64,000 nt of DNA. Origin: an uncultured Chlorobiaceae bacterium. GTDB taxonomy: Bacteria > Bacteroidota > Chlorobiia > Chlorobiales > Chlorobiaceae. The position numbers were made by a program, and so were the translations under genes. The stretch lies in assembly GCA_903824295.1 (NCBI GenBank), contig CAIJWE010000072.1, positions 705 through 64,704 on the forward strand. The letters run 5' to 3'. Of the stretch, positions 10,133 through 20,393 are shown one piece after another. The first letter of the stretch is position 1. Every line of letters begins with the position of its first letter. The notes under the pieces are model-generated. The model saw only the letters and a program-made list of their open reading frames with translations, ran no database searches and was not told the origin of the DNA.

Positions 10133-10853
10133 TAATACTCCGCACCAATTCAAGATCCTCCTGAGTATTAACGCCGGGATTGTCAACAAACGTTGTAACA
10201 CACTGTATGCGAAAGCCGTTCTCCAGAAGCCGCAACTGCTCAAGTGATTCAGCCTCTTCGAGCATTGAAGGAGGAAGCGCGGAAAATTTCTCCAGCACCT
10301 CTGCCCTGAAGGCATAAAGCCCGATATGGCGATAGAAGATGGTTGACGAATGCGTATTGCGCCGGAAAGGTATCGGACTGCGCGAAAAATAGAGGGCAAA
10401 CCCTCTGGCATCCATGACAACCTTCACCTGATGCGGATCTTCGATCTGCACGCGGTCATCAGGTTGGATCGGCAAAACGAGGGTTGAGCAATCGGGAGGA
10501 TGGTTGGAAAAGAAGGGCTCAAGGGCCAGATCAATATTTGCAGGGCTGATCAAGGGCTCATCACCCTGCAGATTGAGGAAAACATCCGCATCAATATGAC
10601 GGGCAGCTTCAGCAATCCGCTCGGTACCGCAGCTCGCCTCCGGGGAGGTCATGACCACCTCTGCTCCACAGGAATCAAGAACAGCGGCAATCTCCAGGCT
10701 GTCGGTAGCAACCACAACCCTTTCGGCCAGGCGTGATTTGAGCGCCTGGCGCCAGGTGCGCACAATCAGCGGCTCGCCTTCGAGATCGGCCAGCATTTTG
10801 CGCTCAAGGCGGCTCGAATCAAGCCGTGCGGGTATAAGAATTACTGCTTTCAT
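10110..10853 (-). CDS. kdsB: 3-deoxy-manno-octulosonate cytidylyltransferase
   Basis: '[30 protein letters not shown]' and 'NLQGDEPLI' are KdsB signatures. Confidence 0.9.
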   Translation of the reverse strand: MKAVILIPARLDSSRLERKMLADLEGEPLIVRTWRQALKSRLAERVVVATDSLEIAAVLDSCGAEVVMTSPEASCGTERIAEAARHIDADVFLNLQGDEPLISPANIDLALEPFFSNHPPDCSTLVLPIQPDDRVQIEDPHQVKVVMDARGFALYFSRSPIPFRRNTHSSTIFYRHIGLYAFRAEVLEKFSALPPSMLEEAESLEQLRLLENGFRIQCVTTFVDNPGVNTQEDLELVRSIIRASLQG

Positions 10854-10868
10854 GGGCGTACGGAAGTT

Positions 10869-11162
10869 TCAAACGAAGGGTTCAAAAATGAGGGCCGCAG
10901 CCTCGGAGCTGATTCCCTCAACCATCACGGTTTTTGTCCGGGAACTCTGGCCCGTCAAGATATGCACCCGCGACGGAGCGATGTGAAAGAGCTTCGCAAA
11001 GAGTTCACAGCACTCCTTGTTTGCAGCATCATCAACAGGCGCTGCTTTCAGGCTCACCTTCAAGCCACCGTTGTAAAGGCCGCAAACCCGACTTTTTGAT
11101 GATCGGGGCTGCGCCTTGACAACAAAAATAGCACTTCCATTTTTTTCGCGGAGTTCAATCAC
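10869..11162 (-). CDS. DUF167 (YggU) family protein
   Basis: 97 aa; '[12 protein letters not shown]...[17 protein letters not shown]' is the typical DUF167 pattern. Confidence 0.75.
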   Translation of the reverse strand: MIELREKNGSAIFVVKAQPRSSKSRVCGLYNGGLKVSLKAAPVDDAANKECCELFAKLFHIAPSRVHILTGQSSRTKTVMVEGISSEAAALIFEPFV

Positions 11163-11170
11163 CGCAGAAA

Positions 11171-11458
11171 CTACCCGATCACTTTCGGCACCTTGAAAAA
11201 GCGATCCTGCCTGTCAGGAGCGTTCAATAATACCTCCGATGAGGAGAGGGGCTGAAGCTCTACATCCTCACGCAGCACATTCGTTGCGTCATGAATGCTG
11301 CTGAGCGGCATGACGCCTTCGGTATCGACTTCATTAAGCTTTTCAACATAGTGCAGAATATTGTTCAGCTCGCTGGTCATTGTCACCATCTCTTCATCGC
11401 TGAAGCGCAGCTTGGCCAATTCGGCGATATAGGCAACATCTTTGGTGGTAACCGACAT
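11171..11458 (-). CDS. gatC: Asp/Glu-tRNA(Asn/Gln) amidotransferase subunit C
   Basis: 95 aa; '[16 protein letters not shown]...[19 protein letters not shown]' is GatC-like. Confidence 0.9.
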   Translation of the reverse strand: MSVTTKDVAYIAELAKLRFSDEEMVTMTSELNNILHYVEKLNEVDTEGVMPLSSIHDATNVLREDVELQPLSSSEVLLNAPDRQDRFFKVPKVIG

Positions 11459-11530
11459 AAAAAAAGCTTCGTAAAGTTATAAAAACAGCGTGATCAACAA
11501 CATCTCAAAAAATCGATGCAGGGTTTAATG

Positions 11531-12874
11531 TTACAACATGCATACATCTGCACTCTGATCCTCATTGCGGCTTTTCGGACGCTGCTCAACCGGCACAAAA
11601 TTTCTCTCCTCTTTACCGAGGTAAATCTGCCGCGGTCTTGCAATTTTCTGATCCCCATCCTTGACATGCTCAGTCCACTGCGCAAGCCATCCGGGAATGC
11701 GACCAATGGCAAAGAGCACAGGGAACATATTCAATGGAAAGCCCATCGCCTGGTAAATCAGGCCGGAATAAAAGTCAACATTTGGATAGAGCTTCCGGTT
11801 AATGAAATATTCATCCTCAAGGGCGATGCGCTCAAGCTCGAGCGCAATATCGAGCAGCGGACTGCGCCCGGTCTCCTCAAAAACCTGAAAAGCAATTTCC
11901 TTGATGATTTTTGCCCTTGGATCATAATTTTTATAAACCCTGTGGCCAAATCCCATCAAACGACCTTCACCATCCTTAACTGATTGAACAAATGCAGGAA
12001 TTTTGTCGATTGAACCGATTTTCAGCAGCATGTGAATAACCGCCTCATTGGCTCCGCCGTGCAGGGGCCCGTAGAGTGCCGCACAACCTGCGGCGAGCGC
12101 CGTATAGGGATCAACGCCGGAGCTGCCTACCGCACGGACTGCATTGGTTGAACAGTTCTGTTCATGGTCGGCATGAAGAATAAACAGAACATCAAGAGCA
12201 TGTTCGAGCACCGGATTGGGCTTGTAATGATGTTCAGTCATCTTGAACATCATGGAGAGGAAATTGGCCGTATAGCTCAGTTCATTGTCGGGGAGAACGT
12301 ACGGATAGCCGAGGCTGTGGCGGAAACTCATGGCTGCAAGCGTCGGTATTTTACCGATAAGGCGATGAACCTGAAGTTTGCGCGACTCTTCACTGCAAAT
12401 ATCCTTCGCGTCACGGTAAAAAGTCGAAAGCGCTCCAACAGTACCAACCAGAATGCCCATCGGGTGCGCATCATAACGAAACCCGTCCATAAACTTGACA
12501 ATATTGGAGTGGGTCATGGTATGATGGCGGATGTTATTGGTCCACTCCGCAAGGCGCTCCTGATCGGGCAACTCACCCTTGATAAGAAGATATCCTGTTT
12601 CAAGAAAAGAGCTCTTTTCTGCGAGTTGCTCAATAGGATAGCCGCGATAACGCAAAATCCCCTTATCTCCATCAATGAAGGTAATACGGCTTTTGCATGA
12701 CGCTGTGTTTAAAAAACCAGGGTCATAACCCAACACTCCGAAATCTTCGGGTGAAACCTTGATCTGGCGCAGATCCATTGTGTTGATGCAACCGTGTTCA
12801 AGCGGAAGTTCGTAGGCCTTTCCGGTACGGTTATCAGTAATTGTCAGAGAACTTCTCGAATCTGTAACGGGCAT
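11531..12874 (-). CDS. gltA: Citrate synthase
   Basis: 447 aa with 'LHADHEQNCST' and 'MGFGHRVYKNYDPRA' citrate synthase signatures. Confidence 0.92.
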   Translation of the reverse strand: MPVTDSRSSLTITDNRTGKAYELPLEHGCINTMDLRQIKVSPEDFGVLGYDPGFLNTASCKSRITFIDGDKGILRYRGYPIEQLAEKSSFLETGYLLIKGELPDQERLAEWTNNIRHHTMTHSNIVKFMDGFRYDAHPMGILVGTVGALSTFYRDAKDICSEESRKLQVHRLIGKIPTLAAMSFRHSLGYPYVLPDNELSYTANFLSMMFKMTEHHYKPNPVLEHALDVLFILHADHEQNCSTNAVRAVGSSGVDPYTALAAGCAALYGPLHGGANEAVIHMLLKIGSIDKIPAFVQSVKDGEGRLMGFGHRVYKNYDPRAKIIKEIAFQVFEETGRSPLLDIALELERIALEDEYFINRKLYPNVDFYSGLIYQAMGFPLNMFPVLFAIGRIPGWLAQWTEHVKDGDQKIARPRQIYLGKEERNFVPVEQRPKSRNEDQSADVCML

Positions 12875-13024
12875 AATGAATACTCTCTTGATGATTGAAT
12901 ACCGTTGATAAAAAAAAAGTTGCTGGAAAACTTCTCTATTTTCAGTCGCTTAATATAAACAGAAATAAACGAAAATAGTTTTTGGATGTTACAATATAAC
13001 TTCCTACATTTACAACTTCTTAAT

Positions 13025-13099
13025 GGAGCTGTAGCTCAGTTTGGTTAGAGCGCCTTCCTGTCACTCAGGAGGTCGCGGGTTCGAAACCCGTCAGCTCCG
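13025..13099 (+). tRNA. tRNA-Asp (anticodon GTC) with an imperfect anticodon stem
   Basis: Cloverleaf read by eye: acceptor GGAGCTG/CAGCTCC, D arm GCTC..GAGC, anticodon loop CTGTCAC, T arm GCGGG-TTCGAAA-CCCGT. Very similar to the canonical bacterial tRNA-Asp. CCA is not encoded. Confidence 0.75.
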
Positions 13100-13117
13100 C
13101 AGAAAACAAATAAAAAA

Positions 13118-13142
13118 GGGAGTGCATAGCACTCCTTTTTTT
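13118..13142. terminator. Bidirectional rho-independent terminator (tRNA-Asp / OmpA-family gene)
   Basis: Hairpin GGAGTGC-ATA-GCACTCC flanked by an A-run upstream and a T-run downstream. Confidence 0.75.
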
Positions 13143-13160
13143 ATTTCCCCCCTTTAAGCC

Positions 13161-14174
13161 TTACCTCGGCACCAGTTCAACACGACGGTTCTTGGCTCGC
13201 CCGGCTTCCGAGCTGTTCGACGCAACAGGAGCCAGATAGGCTGCGCCGTTGGCCGTAAGGCGAAGTGCCGAAATACCAAACTCCTTGACGAGCGTCGCGA
13301 CAACGGCCTCGGCTCTCCGTTTTGAAAGCACCGTATTAACCTCATATCCTCCAATGTTGTCGGTATGCCCCACAACATGCAGCTTCAAATCCGGCCGCTT
13401 TTTCAGGAGGGTTGCAATTTCCTGGATCGCAGGACGGGAGGCTGGCTTGATTTCCGATTTATTGGGATCGAAATAGATGCCGTAAAGAGAGACCTTGCCG
13501 ACAGCATTGATAGACTGCGCCATTTCATCGGCAGAGACCGTAACCATTTTCTGCACCATCGGCTGCATCTCAATGATATCAAGTGCAAGGTAGGCGCCGC
13601 GCTTTGCCTTGTAGACCGCATCACTTTTGCCCCATTCCACCACAGTCAGATGCACATAAACATCCCCTTCAGGCCGACTCTTTTTGGCGCTGAGAACACA
13701 GATGCCGGCCTTTTCAGCCGCAAAAAAAACATAGTTGCTGCGGTTGGTCTGGATATCCATACTGCCAAATGGAGCAAGGTAATTACTCCATCTGGTGGCA
13801 GCAGGATCTTTTTTGGAATCATAAAGAATAACAAACCCTTTGGCCGTCAGCTCATTGAGATAGTTCCTGAACACCTCAAGAGAGCCGGTATCCCCGACCA
13901 CCTCATACCATATCCGTGTGAATCGTCCTTCCGGCTTCAGGGGAGGTTTCACATACTCCCGCTTTTTTGACTCAAAGTTATAACGGCTGAAGGTAGAGCT
14001 CTGCAGCTCATAGGCATCAAAACGCTTAACCTGGTAGCCAACAATTTCCGAGCCGGCAAAGCGCCTCAACAATGGATTATCCCTGGAACCGGCAAGATCA
14101 ACTGCGACTGCATCCCTGAAGGGCAGCGCCGCGAAAATGAAGAACAACAGCAGAATGGCCTTGAGTGATTTCAT
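13161..14174 (-). CDS. OmpA-family protein
   Basis: Signal peptide plus a C-terminal OmpA domain: 'VVGHTDNIGGYEVNTVLSKRRAEAVVATLV..GRAKNRRVELV'. Confidence 0.85.
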   Translation of the reverse strand: MKSLKAILLLFFIFAALPFRDAVAVDLAGSRDNPLLRRFAGSEIVGYQVKRFDAYELQSSTFSRYNFESKKREYVKPPLKPEGRFTRIWYEVVGDTGSLEVFRNYLNELTAKGFVILYDSKKDPAATRWSNYLAPFGSMDIQTNRSNYVFFAAEKAGICVLSAKKSRPEGDVYVHLTVVEWGKSDAVYKAKRGAYLALDIIEMQPMVQKMVTVSADEMAQSINAVGKVSLYGIYFDPNKSEIKPASRPAIQEIATLLKKRPDLKLHVVGHTDNIGGYEVNTVLSKRRAEAVVATLVKEFGISALRLTANGAAYLAPVASNSSEAGRAKNRRVELVPR

Positions 14175-14206
14175 AAGATAATACTCCTTGGGTTTAATGA
14201 TAAAAA

Positions 14207-14977
14207 TCAGCCTTTTTTACGCTTATCACGCACATAAATCGCTTTTGATTGCCCCTCACCGATGATACGCTCCTCAATATCAAAAAGTTTTGTAGCGGCG
14301 AGCAGCTCTCCAAGCCTTATATAGCCATAGTTGCGAGGATCAAACTCCGGTGACTGTTTCGCAATGTTACTCCCGGTCGTAGCAAGATGGGCCCAGCCGC
14401 TTTCGTCCGATGATGCCTCAACGGCATTCCTTAACAAACGTACCAGACGGGTGTCACGCTTGAGCTCCACCATCGACTTTTTTGCAATCGATTCGTTTTC
14501 ATTGATTTTTGCCCGCAAAACTTCAATATAAATGAATTTATCGCAGGCAGAAACAAATGCGGCCGGGGTCTTTTTCTCTCCAAATCCATAAACAAAGAGC
14601 CCGGATTCCCTTATCCTTGAAGCAAGTTTCGTAAAATCACTGTCGCTGGAGACAATGCAGAAACCGTGAAACTTCCCGGTATAGAGCAGATCCATGGCAT
14701 CAATAATCATGGCGCTGTCGGTAGCATTTTTTCCCTTGGTATAGCCGAACTGCTGAATAGGTTGAATGGAGTACTCCAGCAGTACCTCCTTCCAGCTTCT
14801 GAGCGCTGTTGACGTCCAGTCGCCATAAATTCTTTTGACGCTTGATGTTCCGTACTTTGCGACCTCCGCAAGAAGACCTTCAATGATTGTCGCCTGCGTA
14901 TTATCCGCATCAATCAGTACTGCGAGGCGCTCTGTTTTTTCCATTGCCATGTCACGTTTCACTCTTTTATTGTACAA
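14207..14977 (-). CDS. NYN-domain (LabA-like) protein with C-terminal OST-HTH/LOTUS domain
   Basis: 'LAVLIDADN...YGDW...VSSDSDFT' (NYN) and 'SGWAHLATTGSNIAKQSPEFDPRNYGYIRLGELL' (OST-HTH). Confidence 0.75.
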   Translation of the reverse strand: MYNKRVKRDMAMEKTERLAVLIDADNTQATIIEGLLAEVAKYGTSSVKRIYGDWTSTALRSWKEVLLEYSIQPIQQFGYTKGKNATDSAMIIDAMDLLYTGKFHGFCIVSSDSDFTKLASRIRESGLFVYGFGEKKTPAAFVSACDKFIYIEVLRAKINENESIAKKSMVELKRDTRLVRLLRNAVEASSDESGWAHLATTGSNIAKQSPEFDPRNYGYIRLGELLAATKLFDIEERIIGEGQSKAIYVRDKRKKG

Positions 14978-14992
14978 AAAAACCAGAGAGCC

Positions 14993-15199
14993 TCAAGCTT
15001 GCACCTTGAAACCCTGCTCTTCAATAACCGATGCAATGAATGCAACGCTGACGGTTTCGGGTTCATAGTCGACAACAACGGTACCCTTGAGATGAGAGAC
15101 ATCCGCCTCCCTGACCCCCGCAACCTCTTCGAGTGCCTCCTTGACAAGCAGTTCACAACTGCCGCAGCGCATCCCGCTTACCTGTAGTTCATTTTTCAT
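14993..15199 (-). CDS. Heavy-metal-associated (CopZ-like) metallochaperone
   Basis: 68 aa with the 'GMRCGSC' metal-binding motif. Confidence 0.85.
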   Translation of the reverse strand: MKNELQVSGMRCGSCELLVKEALEEVAGVREADVSHLKGTVVVDYEPETVSVAFIASVIEEQGFKVQA

Positions 15200-15344
15200 G
15201 CTATCTTTTCCAATATTTAGTAAATCTTATCCCTTGTGAACGTACTCATTGAGAAAGAAGTTACGTACACTACCGACAATATTAAAATATTTCCGTCAAA
15301 TCAGGATTGGCAGATCATTCAGGGAGTCGTTATATTAAGAAACT

Positions 15345-15944
15345 ATGAATCCATCACAACGACACTCAAGACCAGGCATATCAGGCCTTTTGCTACTCAT
15401 TCTTCTGGCAGGAATGACAACGCTCACTTCATGCAACCGCACAGAGAATGAGATCAACAGCCTGCAGCAGGAGGTCTGGAAGAGTCCTCAGAATGCCAAC
15501 GGCTATCTCCTTCTCGGAAATGCTTCTGCACGCGCCCGGCGCTACAGCGAAGCTACGGCAGCATACAAAAGTGCGCTATCCATCAATCCGAAACTCGATG
15601 AAGCCCTCCACGCGCTGGGTGCCATCGCCTTTAACCAGAAAAACTTCGGTGAAGCCGAGAAATATTTTCAGCAGCACCTTGAACGCTCTCCAAAAGACTC
15701 CCTGCGGCTTTATGATCTCGGTAATGCACAAATGCAGCTCGGGCAGTTCGACAAGGCGGTCACATCTTACAGTAACGCGATAGAAAACAGCGACTCATTT
15801 ACTGATGCCCATTACAACCTTGCAGTCTGCTACATCAGAACAGGACGAAGGGCCGAAGCCGAGGTTATTTATAAATGGCTTCTTGTGAAAAACAACTATC
15901 TTGCCCTCTCTCTGCAGAAACATCTCAAAAATGAGGCCCGGTGA
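15345..15944 (+). CDS. TPR-repeat lipoprotein
   Basis: Lipobox 'LTSC' followed by several TPR-like repeats (A..Y..AL..NP....A...LG). Confidence 0.7.
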   Translation: MNPSQRHSRPGISGLLLLILLAGMTTLTSCNRTENEINSLQQEVWKSPQNANGYLLLGNASARARRYSEATAAYKSALSINPKLDEALHALGAIAFNQKNFGEAEKYFQQHLERSPKDSLRLYDLGNAQMQLGQFDKAVTSYSNAIENSDSFTDAHYNLAVCYIRTGRRAEAEVIYKWLLVKNNYLALSLQKHLKNEAR

Positions 15945-17347
15945 TTAACCCTTCGGAGAAACCATTATCCATAGAAAAGGCTGTGTCAAGCCTTGCTGCG
16001 GCTTTACAGCTTTATCGTGACAGCCACGCCCTATCCCGCCGTGACCGTCCAGAGCTCGTAACGTTCCGTCAGCCTCTTCAACCGACAAAGCTCCCTGAAT
16101 GGCTTTGCTGTCAGCGGGTCTATCCACGACTCTTCTGGATGAACCGGGAGAAGGATTTTTCCGTGGCAGGTATCGGAGTTGCCGACACCATTGCGTTGCA
16201 CGAATCAGGCAGTAATGCGGCCAGCTTCGAGCAGTTCGAACGCTGCATCGCTGCCAAAAATCCCGATGCACGCTATTTCGGTGGTTTTTGTTTCAACAAC
16301 GAGGAAAAACAGGATCCGATCTGGCAGGAATTCTCCTCATTTTCCTTTATCCTTCCACTTGTCAAGTTAACGTTTGAGGAGGGCGCTTACACCCTCTCCT
16401 GCCACCTCTGGCTGGAAGTTGACGACGAGATAGCGGCAAAAATCAGCGCAATCACCGAAGTACTCGATCGCCTGGTCATCGACACTGATTGCTCTGCAAT
16501 GAAACTGCCTGAGCTGCAAAACATCTCCTATAATCCGGATGAGAACGAGTGGATGGAGCTGTGCCGAAAAGCGCTGCTCACCTTTGAGTCGGGCGAAATG
16601 CAAAAGATCATGCTTGCGCGCCAGACTACGCTTGAATTCAGCCACAGCTTTTCGCCGCTTCTTTTTCTGTTGCGCTACCCCTCTGCACAGAACCCCATCT
16701 ACAGGTTCTACTTTGAACCCGTCGAAAACCATGCCTTTTTCAGCTTTACCCCCGAACGGCTCTACCGCCGGGATGGCAGGATGCTGCTCACGGAAGCACT
16801 GGCAGGAACCTGTTCAAAGGAGTCCACCAACGGCTGTGACCATCTCGCGTCAGCAGTACTTTTGAATTCAGAAAAGGATATCCGCGAACACAACTTCGTC
16901 AAGGAGATGATCTCCCTTGAGCTGCTCAAGATATGCAGCACCATAGATATGGATAAAGAGGTACAGGTGCTGCAACTCAATCGCCTTGCACACCTCTACA
17001 CACGCTGCAGCGCCCAACTGAAACCAGAGTTTGAGCACGACGACAGCGCCGTCCTGCAACTCCTCCACCCCACTCCTGCGGTCGGCGGAGTACCCAAAGC
17101 TCCGGCCATGCAGCATATCATGGAGCTTGAACCCTTCAGCCGTGGCTGGTATGCAGCACCTGTAGGCTGGATAAGCCGGGATGCTGCCGAATTTGCCGTC
17201 GCCATCCGTTCCGCCCTTGTCAATGGCCGTTTTGCCTCTCTCTACTCCGGCGCCGGTCTCGTCAAAGGATCAAACCCCTTTGCCGAATGGGAAGAGGTTG
17301 ATCAGAAAATAGGAGAGCTGCTGGCCATAACCCGGCAGGAAGCATGA
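15941..17347 (+). CDS. menF: Isochorismate synthase
   Basis: Chorismate-binding C-terminus ('LHPTPAVGGVP','RGWYAAPVGW','GAGLV'). Overlaps the menD start. Confidence 0.85.
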   Translation: MINPSEKPLSIEKAVSSLAAALQLYRDSHALSRRDRPELVTFRQPLQPTKLPEWLCCQRVYPRLFWMNREKDFSVAGIGVADTIALHESGSNAASFEQFERCIAAKNPDARYFGGFCFNNEEKQDPIWQEFSSFSFILPLVKLTFEEGAYTLSCHLWLEVDDEIAAKISAITEVLDRLVIDTDCSAMKLPELQNISYNPDENEWMELCRKALLTFESGEMQKIMLARQTTLEFSHSFSPLLFLLRYPSAQNPIYRFYFEPVENHAFFSFTPERLYRRDGRMLLTEALAGTCSKESTNGCDHLASAVLLNSEKDIREHNFVKEMISLELLKICSTIDMDKEVQVLQLNRLAHLYTRCSAQLKPEFEHDDSAVLQLLHPTPAVGGVPKAPAMQHIMELEPFSRGWYAAPVGWISRDAAEFAVAIRSALVNGRFASLYSGAGLVKGSNPFAEWEEVDQKIGELLAITRQEA

Positions 17348-19095
17348 ACAACCGCCAGATCACCACACTGTGGAGCCAGATCATTGTTGAAGAGCTGATC
17401 CGTCAGGGTGCAGATTTTTTCTGCATCTCACCAGGCTCACGCTCAACACCCCTCACCATCGCCATTGCAAGAAACCCGAAAGCGCGATGGAAAATGTTTG
17501 CCGACGAACGCTCAGCAGCCTTTTTTGCACTCGGTTATGGACGCGCAACCGCCCTGCCAGCCGTGCTCGTCTGCACATCCGGCACCGCTGTCGCCAACTA
17601 TTTTCCAGCAGTGGTTGAGGCATCAATGGACTTTCAGCCGATGCTTGTGCTTTCAGCCGACCGTCCCTTCGAGCTGCTTGAATGCGGCGCAAACCAGACC
17701 ATTCGCCAGGAGAACATCTTCGGCGGTTACACCCGGTGGCAGATGCAGCTCCCCGTACCATCAACCGATACTCCCCTCAAAGCGCTGCTCTCTACCATCG
17801 CCTACGCTATAGCAACATCTCTCGGAGAGTCAGCAGGCCCGGTCCACCTGAATCAGCCCTTCCGGGAGCCTTTTGAACCGGAACAACCTGATCAACATGA
17901 TCTCTGGCTTGCTCCCCTCCAGGAGTGGCTTGAAAGCGGAAACCCATTCAGCAGTTCGATAGTACCCGAAAAACAGCCTGACGGCAACACCATCACCATG
18001 CTCCGCAAACTGCTTGCAGCGGCAAAGAGGCCGATGATCATTGCCGGCAGCATGACAAGCAGGGCGGACGCGTTGGCGGTCAATGCACTGTCGATCGACC
18101 TGAACATTCCGCTCTACGCCGATTTTTCATCCGGCCTGAGAATGGTGGCCTCTGCCGATCCCTGGCAGCTCCTGCTCCAGTCAACCGAAGTTCGAAAATC
18201 ATTCAAGTGTGACCTTGTTTTGCACTTTGGCGGCAACGTCATTGCAAAACACCCCGCAACCGCGCTGAAAGAGTGGCAACCGGAACACTACATTGTTGTC
18301 AAGCCGCAACCGACACGCTTTTCCCCCGACCACAACGTCACCTGCCGTCTTGAAGCATCCATTGCACAGACAGCAGGAATGCTGAAAGGGTGCCGCGCCA
18401 CTCCGCCACAACCCGACAGCAACCCCGTTGAGCGCTTTTTCAAAAGAGCATCCGAAGAGATGCAAACCGAACTGCGTCCCGACAAGCCGGTCACCGACAT
18501 CTCCGCTGCCCGACTCGTTTCAGAGCTGATCACCAGCCAACAGGTGCTTTTTGTGTCAAACAGCATGCCCGTCAGAGATATGGACAACTATGCCAACAGC
18601 AGCCATGAAGGAGGCATTCCAACCGCCATCAACCGAGGAGTAAGCGGCATTGACGGCATCATCTCCACCGCTGCCGGTTTTGCTACTGGACACTTGAAGC
18701 CCGCAACACTGATGATTGGCGACATTGCATTTCTGCACGACCTCAACGCCCTCTCGCTCCTCGGCTCACTCCCGGTACCCATGCAGATCATCGTTTTGAA
18801 CAACAATGGTGGCGCAATATTCTCGTTCCTTCCGGTCTCAGCATGCAGCGACGTCTTTGAAACCCACTTCGCCACCCCCCAGAACTACAGCATCCGCTCA
18901 GCCGCCGAAACCTTCGGGCTCGACTATGCCGCCCCGCACACCAACCGCGAATTCAGTGAGGTGTACCGCGCTGCGTGCAGCAGCAACCGGAGCATCATTA
19001 TTGAGGTAAAAAGTTCACGGGCGGAGAATGTACTCCAGCACCGCGCCCTGCGGGAACAAATCATGACGCTGGCGGAAGAGGAACTCTGTCATTAA
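17344..19095 (+). CDS. menD: SEPHCHC synthase (ThDP-dependent)
   Basis: 'CISPGSRSTPL','CTSGTAVANYFPAVVEA','GDIAFLHDLNAL' are MenD signatures. Confidence 0.9.
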   Translation: MNNRQITTLWSQIIVEELIRQGADFFCISPGSRSTPLTIAIARNPKARWKMFADERSAAFFALGYGRATALPAVLVCTSGTAVANYFPAVVEASMDFQPMLVLSADRPFELLECGANQTIRQENIFGGYTRWQMQLPVPSTDTPLKALLSTIAYAIATSLGESAGPVHLNQPFREPFEPEQPDQHDLWLAPLQEWLESGNPFSSSIVPEKQPDGNTITMLRKLLAAAKRPMIIAGSMTSRADALAVNALSIDLNIPLYADFSSGLRMVASADPWQLLLQSTEVRKSFKCDLVLHFGGNVIAKHPATALKEWQPEHYIVVKPQPTRFSPDHNVTCRLEASIAQTAGMLKGCRATPPQPDSNPVERFFKRASEEMQTELRPDKPVTDISAARLVSELITSQQVLFVSNSMPVRDMDNYANSSHEGGIPTAINRGVSGIDGIISTAAGFATGHLKPATLMIGDIAFLHDLNALSLLGSLPVPMQIIVLNNNGGAIFSFLPVSACSDVFETHFATPQNYSIRSAAETFGLDYAAPHTNREFSEVYRAACSSNRSIIIEVKSSRAENVLQHRALREQIMTLAEEELCH

Positions 19096-19138
19096 CAATA
19101 GTGTCGGAGAGATCTGCACTTTTTGAGGGAAAAAAGAG

Positions 19139-19182
19139 AATTGCCCGGAAAACCTTGCTGAAGAGTGGTTCACCGGGCAATT
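19139..19182. terminator. 10-bp inverted repeat between menD and the FISUMP gene (terminator-like hairpin)
   Basis: AATTGCCCGG (19139-19148) and CCGGGCAATT (19173-19182). There is no clear U-tract. Confidence 0.35.
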
Positions 19183-19208
19183 GCAGGAATCATGACATTT
19201 CTATGCGT

Positions 19209-19961
19209 TTAATTCTTGATGCAGCGCACAGACATGCCATCAGCATTCTGTTCAGAGCCTTGAACAAAGGTTGGAAGGTGGTAAGAAAGAGCACCATACC
19301 ATGAGATTGTAGGAGTTACTTCAGAAGAAGTCCAGAAAAAAGCATTTTCACCCATAAAGAAAAAACCTCCATCGACGCCTCTCATGCCACCTGGCATTCC
19401 AGTGAATTTGCTGCTGTTATCGGCTGTAAAATTGGGCCTGCAGACCGATGAAAGTACATTGCCATTAGGAACACATACTGCGGGCTGGCCGCTGTTATCG
19501 GCTGTAAAAATGGGGCTGATCCAAAGTGTGGTGGATTTCATTTTTCCGCCAGCAACATAGACCCCGCCAAGTGCGTTTGAGAGTTTTTTGAACTCCTGAT
19601 TGTTCGGTATATGCCACCCTTTCGGAGCAAGACCGCGAGGATCGTGTACGGCATACCAGTTATAAAGGCGACCATATTTTCCGTTGCCGGCGGCATCATT
19701 TTTGTAGTAGCTCCATGCGCCTTTTCCACTTGCTGCGGCGTCAAGCCACTCCTGTGTCGTAGCGGCATGTTTAATCAGCTCTCCGTTGCGATAACGGCTG
19801 ACGTCAAGATTCTCCTGCATCCAGACCTGACCGCCTATGGTCACGGTATTGATAACGTGTCCGTCAATATCCGTCTCTGCCGCCCGGAGATCTGAAACCG
19901 AAGTCATAACGGTTATCAGGAGAAGAAGTAATCCGTAGAGTGCCTTATGTGAATAGTTCAT
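19209..19961 (-). CDS. Fibrobacter succinogenes major paralogous (FISUMP) domain protein
   Basis: Signal peptide; 'IGGQVWMQENL','GRLYNWYA','APKGWHIPNNQEFKKL' match the FISUMP pattern. Confidence 0.8.
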   Translation of the reverse strand: MNYSHKALYGLLLLLITVMTSVSDLRAAETDIDGHVINTVTIGGQVWMQENLDVSRYRNGELIKHAATTQEWLDAAASGKGAWSYYKNDAAGNGKYGRLYNWYAVHDPRGLAPKGWHIPNNQEFKKLSNALGGVYVAGGKMKSTTLWISPIFTADNSGQPAVCVPNGNVLSSVCRPNFTADNSSKFTGMPGGMRGVDGGFFFMGENAFFWTSSEVTPTISWYGALSYHLPTFVQGSEQNADGMSVRCIKN

Positions 19962-20267
19962 TGCCTGGTGTTTGATGTTTACAGTTGATTATGTTTTTAA
20001 GGACGTTATGTCTTGGTTAATCCGGCGATGCACCAGGAAATCCTGATGAACCTCACTTTTTCTTTTTTCTCCCCGCTTTAGATTGATAGAGTCTTGATCA
20101 TCTGCTTCTTTATTTTTTATCACGTGACAAAGGTACCGAGATTAACCTTTGGAAAAGGTTAACGTATTCTTAAAAAAGAGATAAATATTTGGGGATGAAT
20201 GATTGCGACCAAGACCAATAATTTTGAGAGTACGATTGATGCGCATGAGCGCAACAAGCTCGGCTGT

Positions 20268-20393
20268 TCATAATGCCGGTTTTTCCACTGCTTCGGCAAA
20301 GCGCTCCATATCGGTATAGCGTCCGAGCCCGGTTTCGGTAAATAAACCGAGATCATTGATGCCAAAAATGCCGATGCTGTCACATGAAAGAAG
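20268..20393 (-). pseudogene. Orphan C-terminal gene fragment (unknown family)
   Basis: Own translation: VLLSCDSIGIFGINDLGLFTETGLGRYTDMERFAEAVEKPAL*. It looks protein-like, but has no start codon and a stop lies immediately upstream. Confidence 0.25.

Noticed and set aside
13365-13970. 201-aa plus-strand ORF opposite the OmpA-family gene
   Set aside because: Shadow ORF. The minus-strand product has a signal peptide and an unmistakable OmpA C-terminal domain.
20118-20133. parS-like site around TCACGTGA
   Set aside because: Only the central CACGTG matches. The flanks do not fit TGTTNCACGTGAAACA, and the site is far from parAB.
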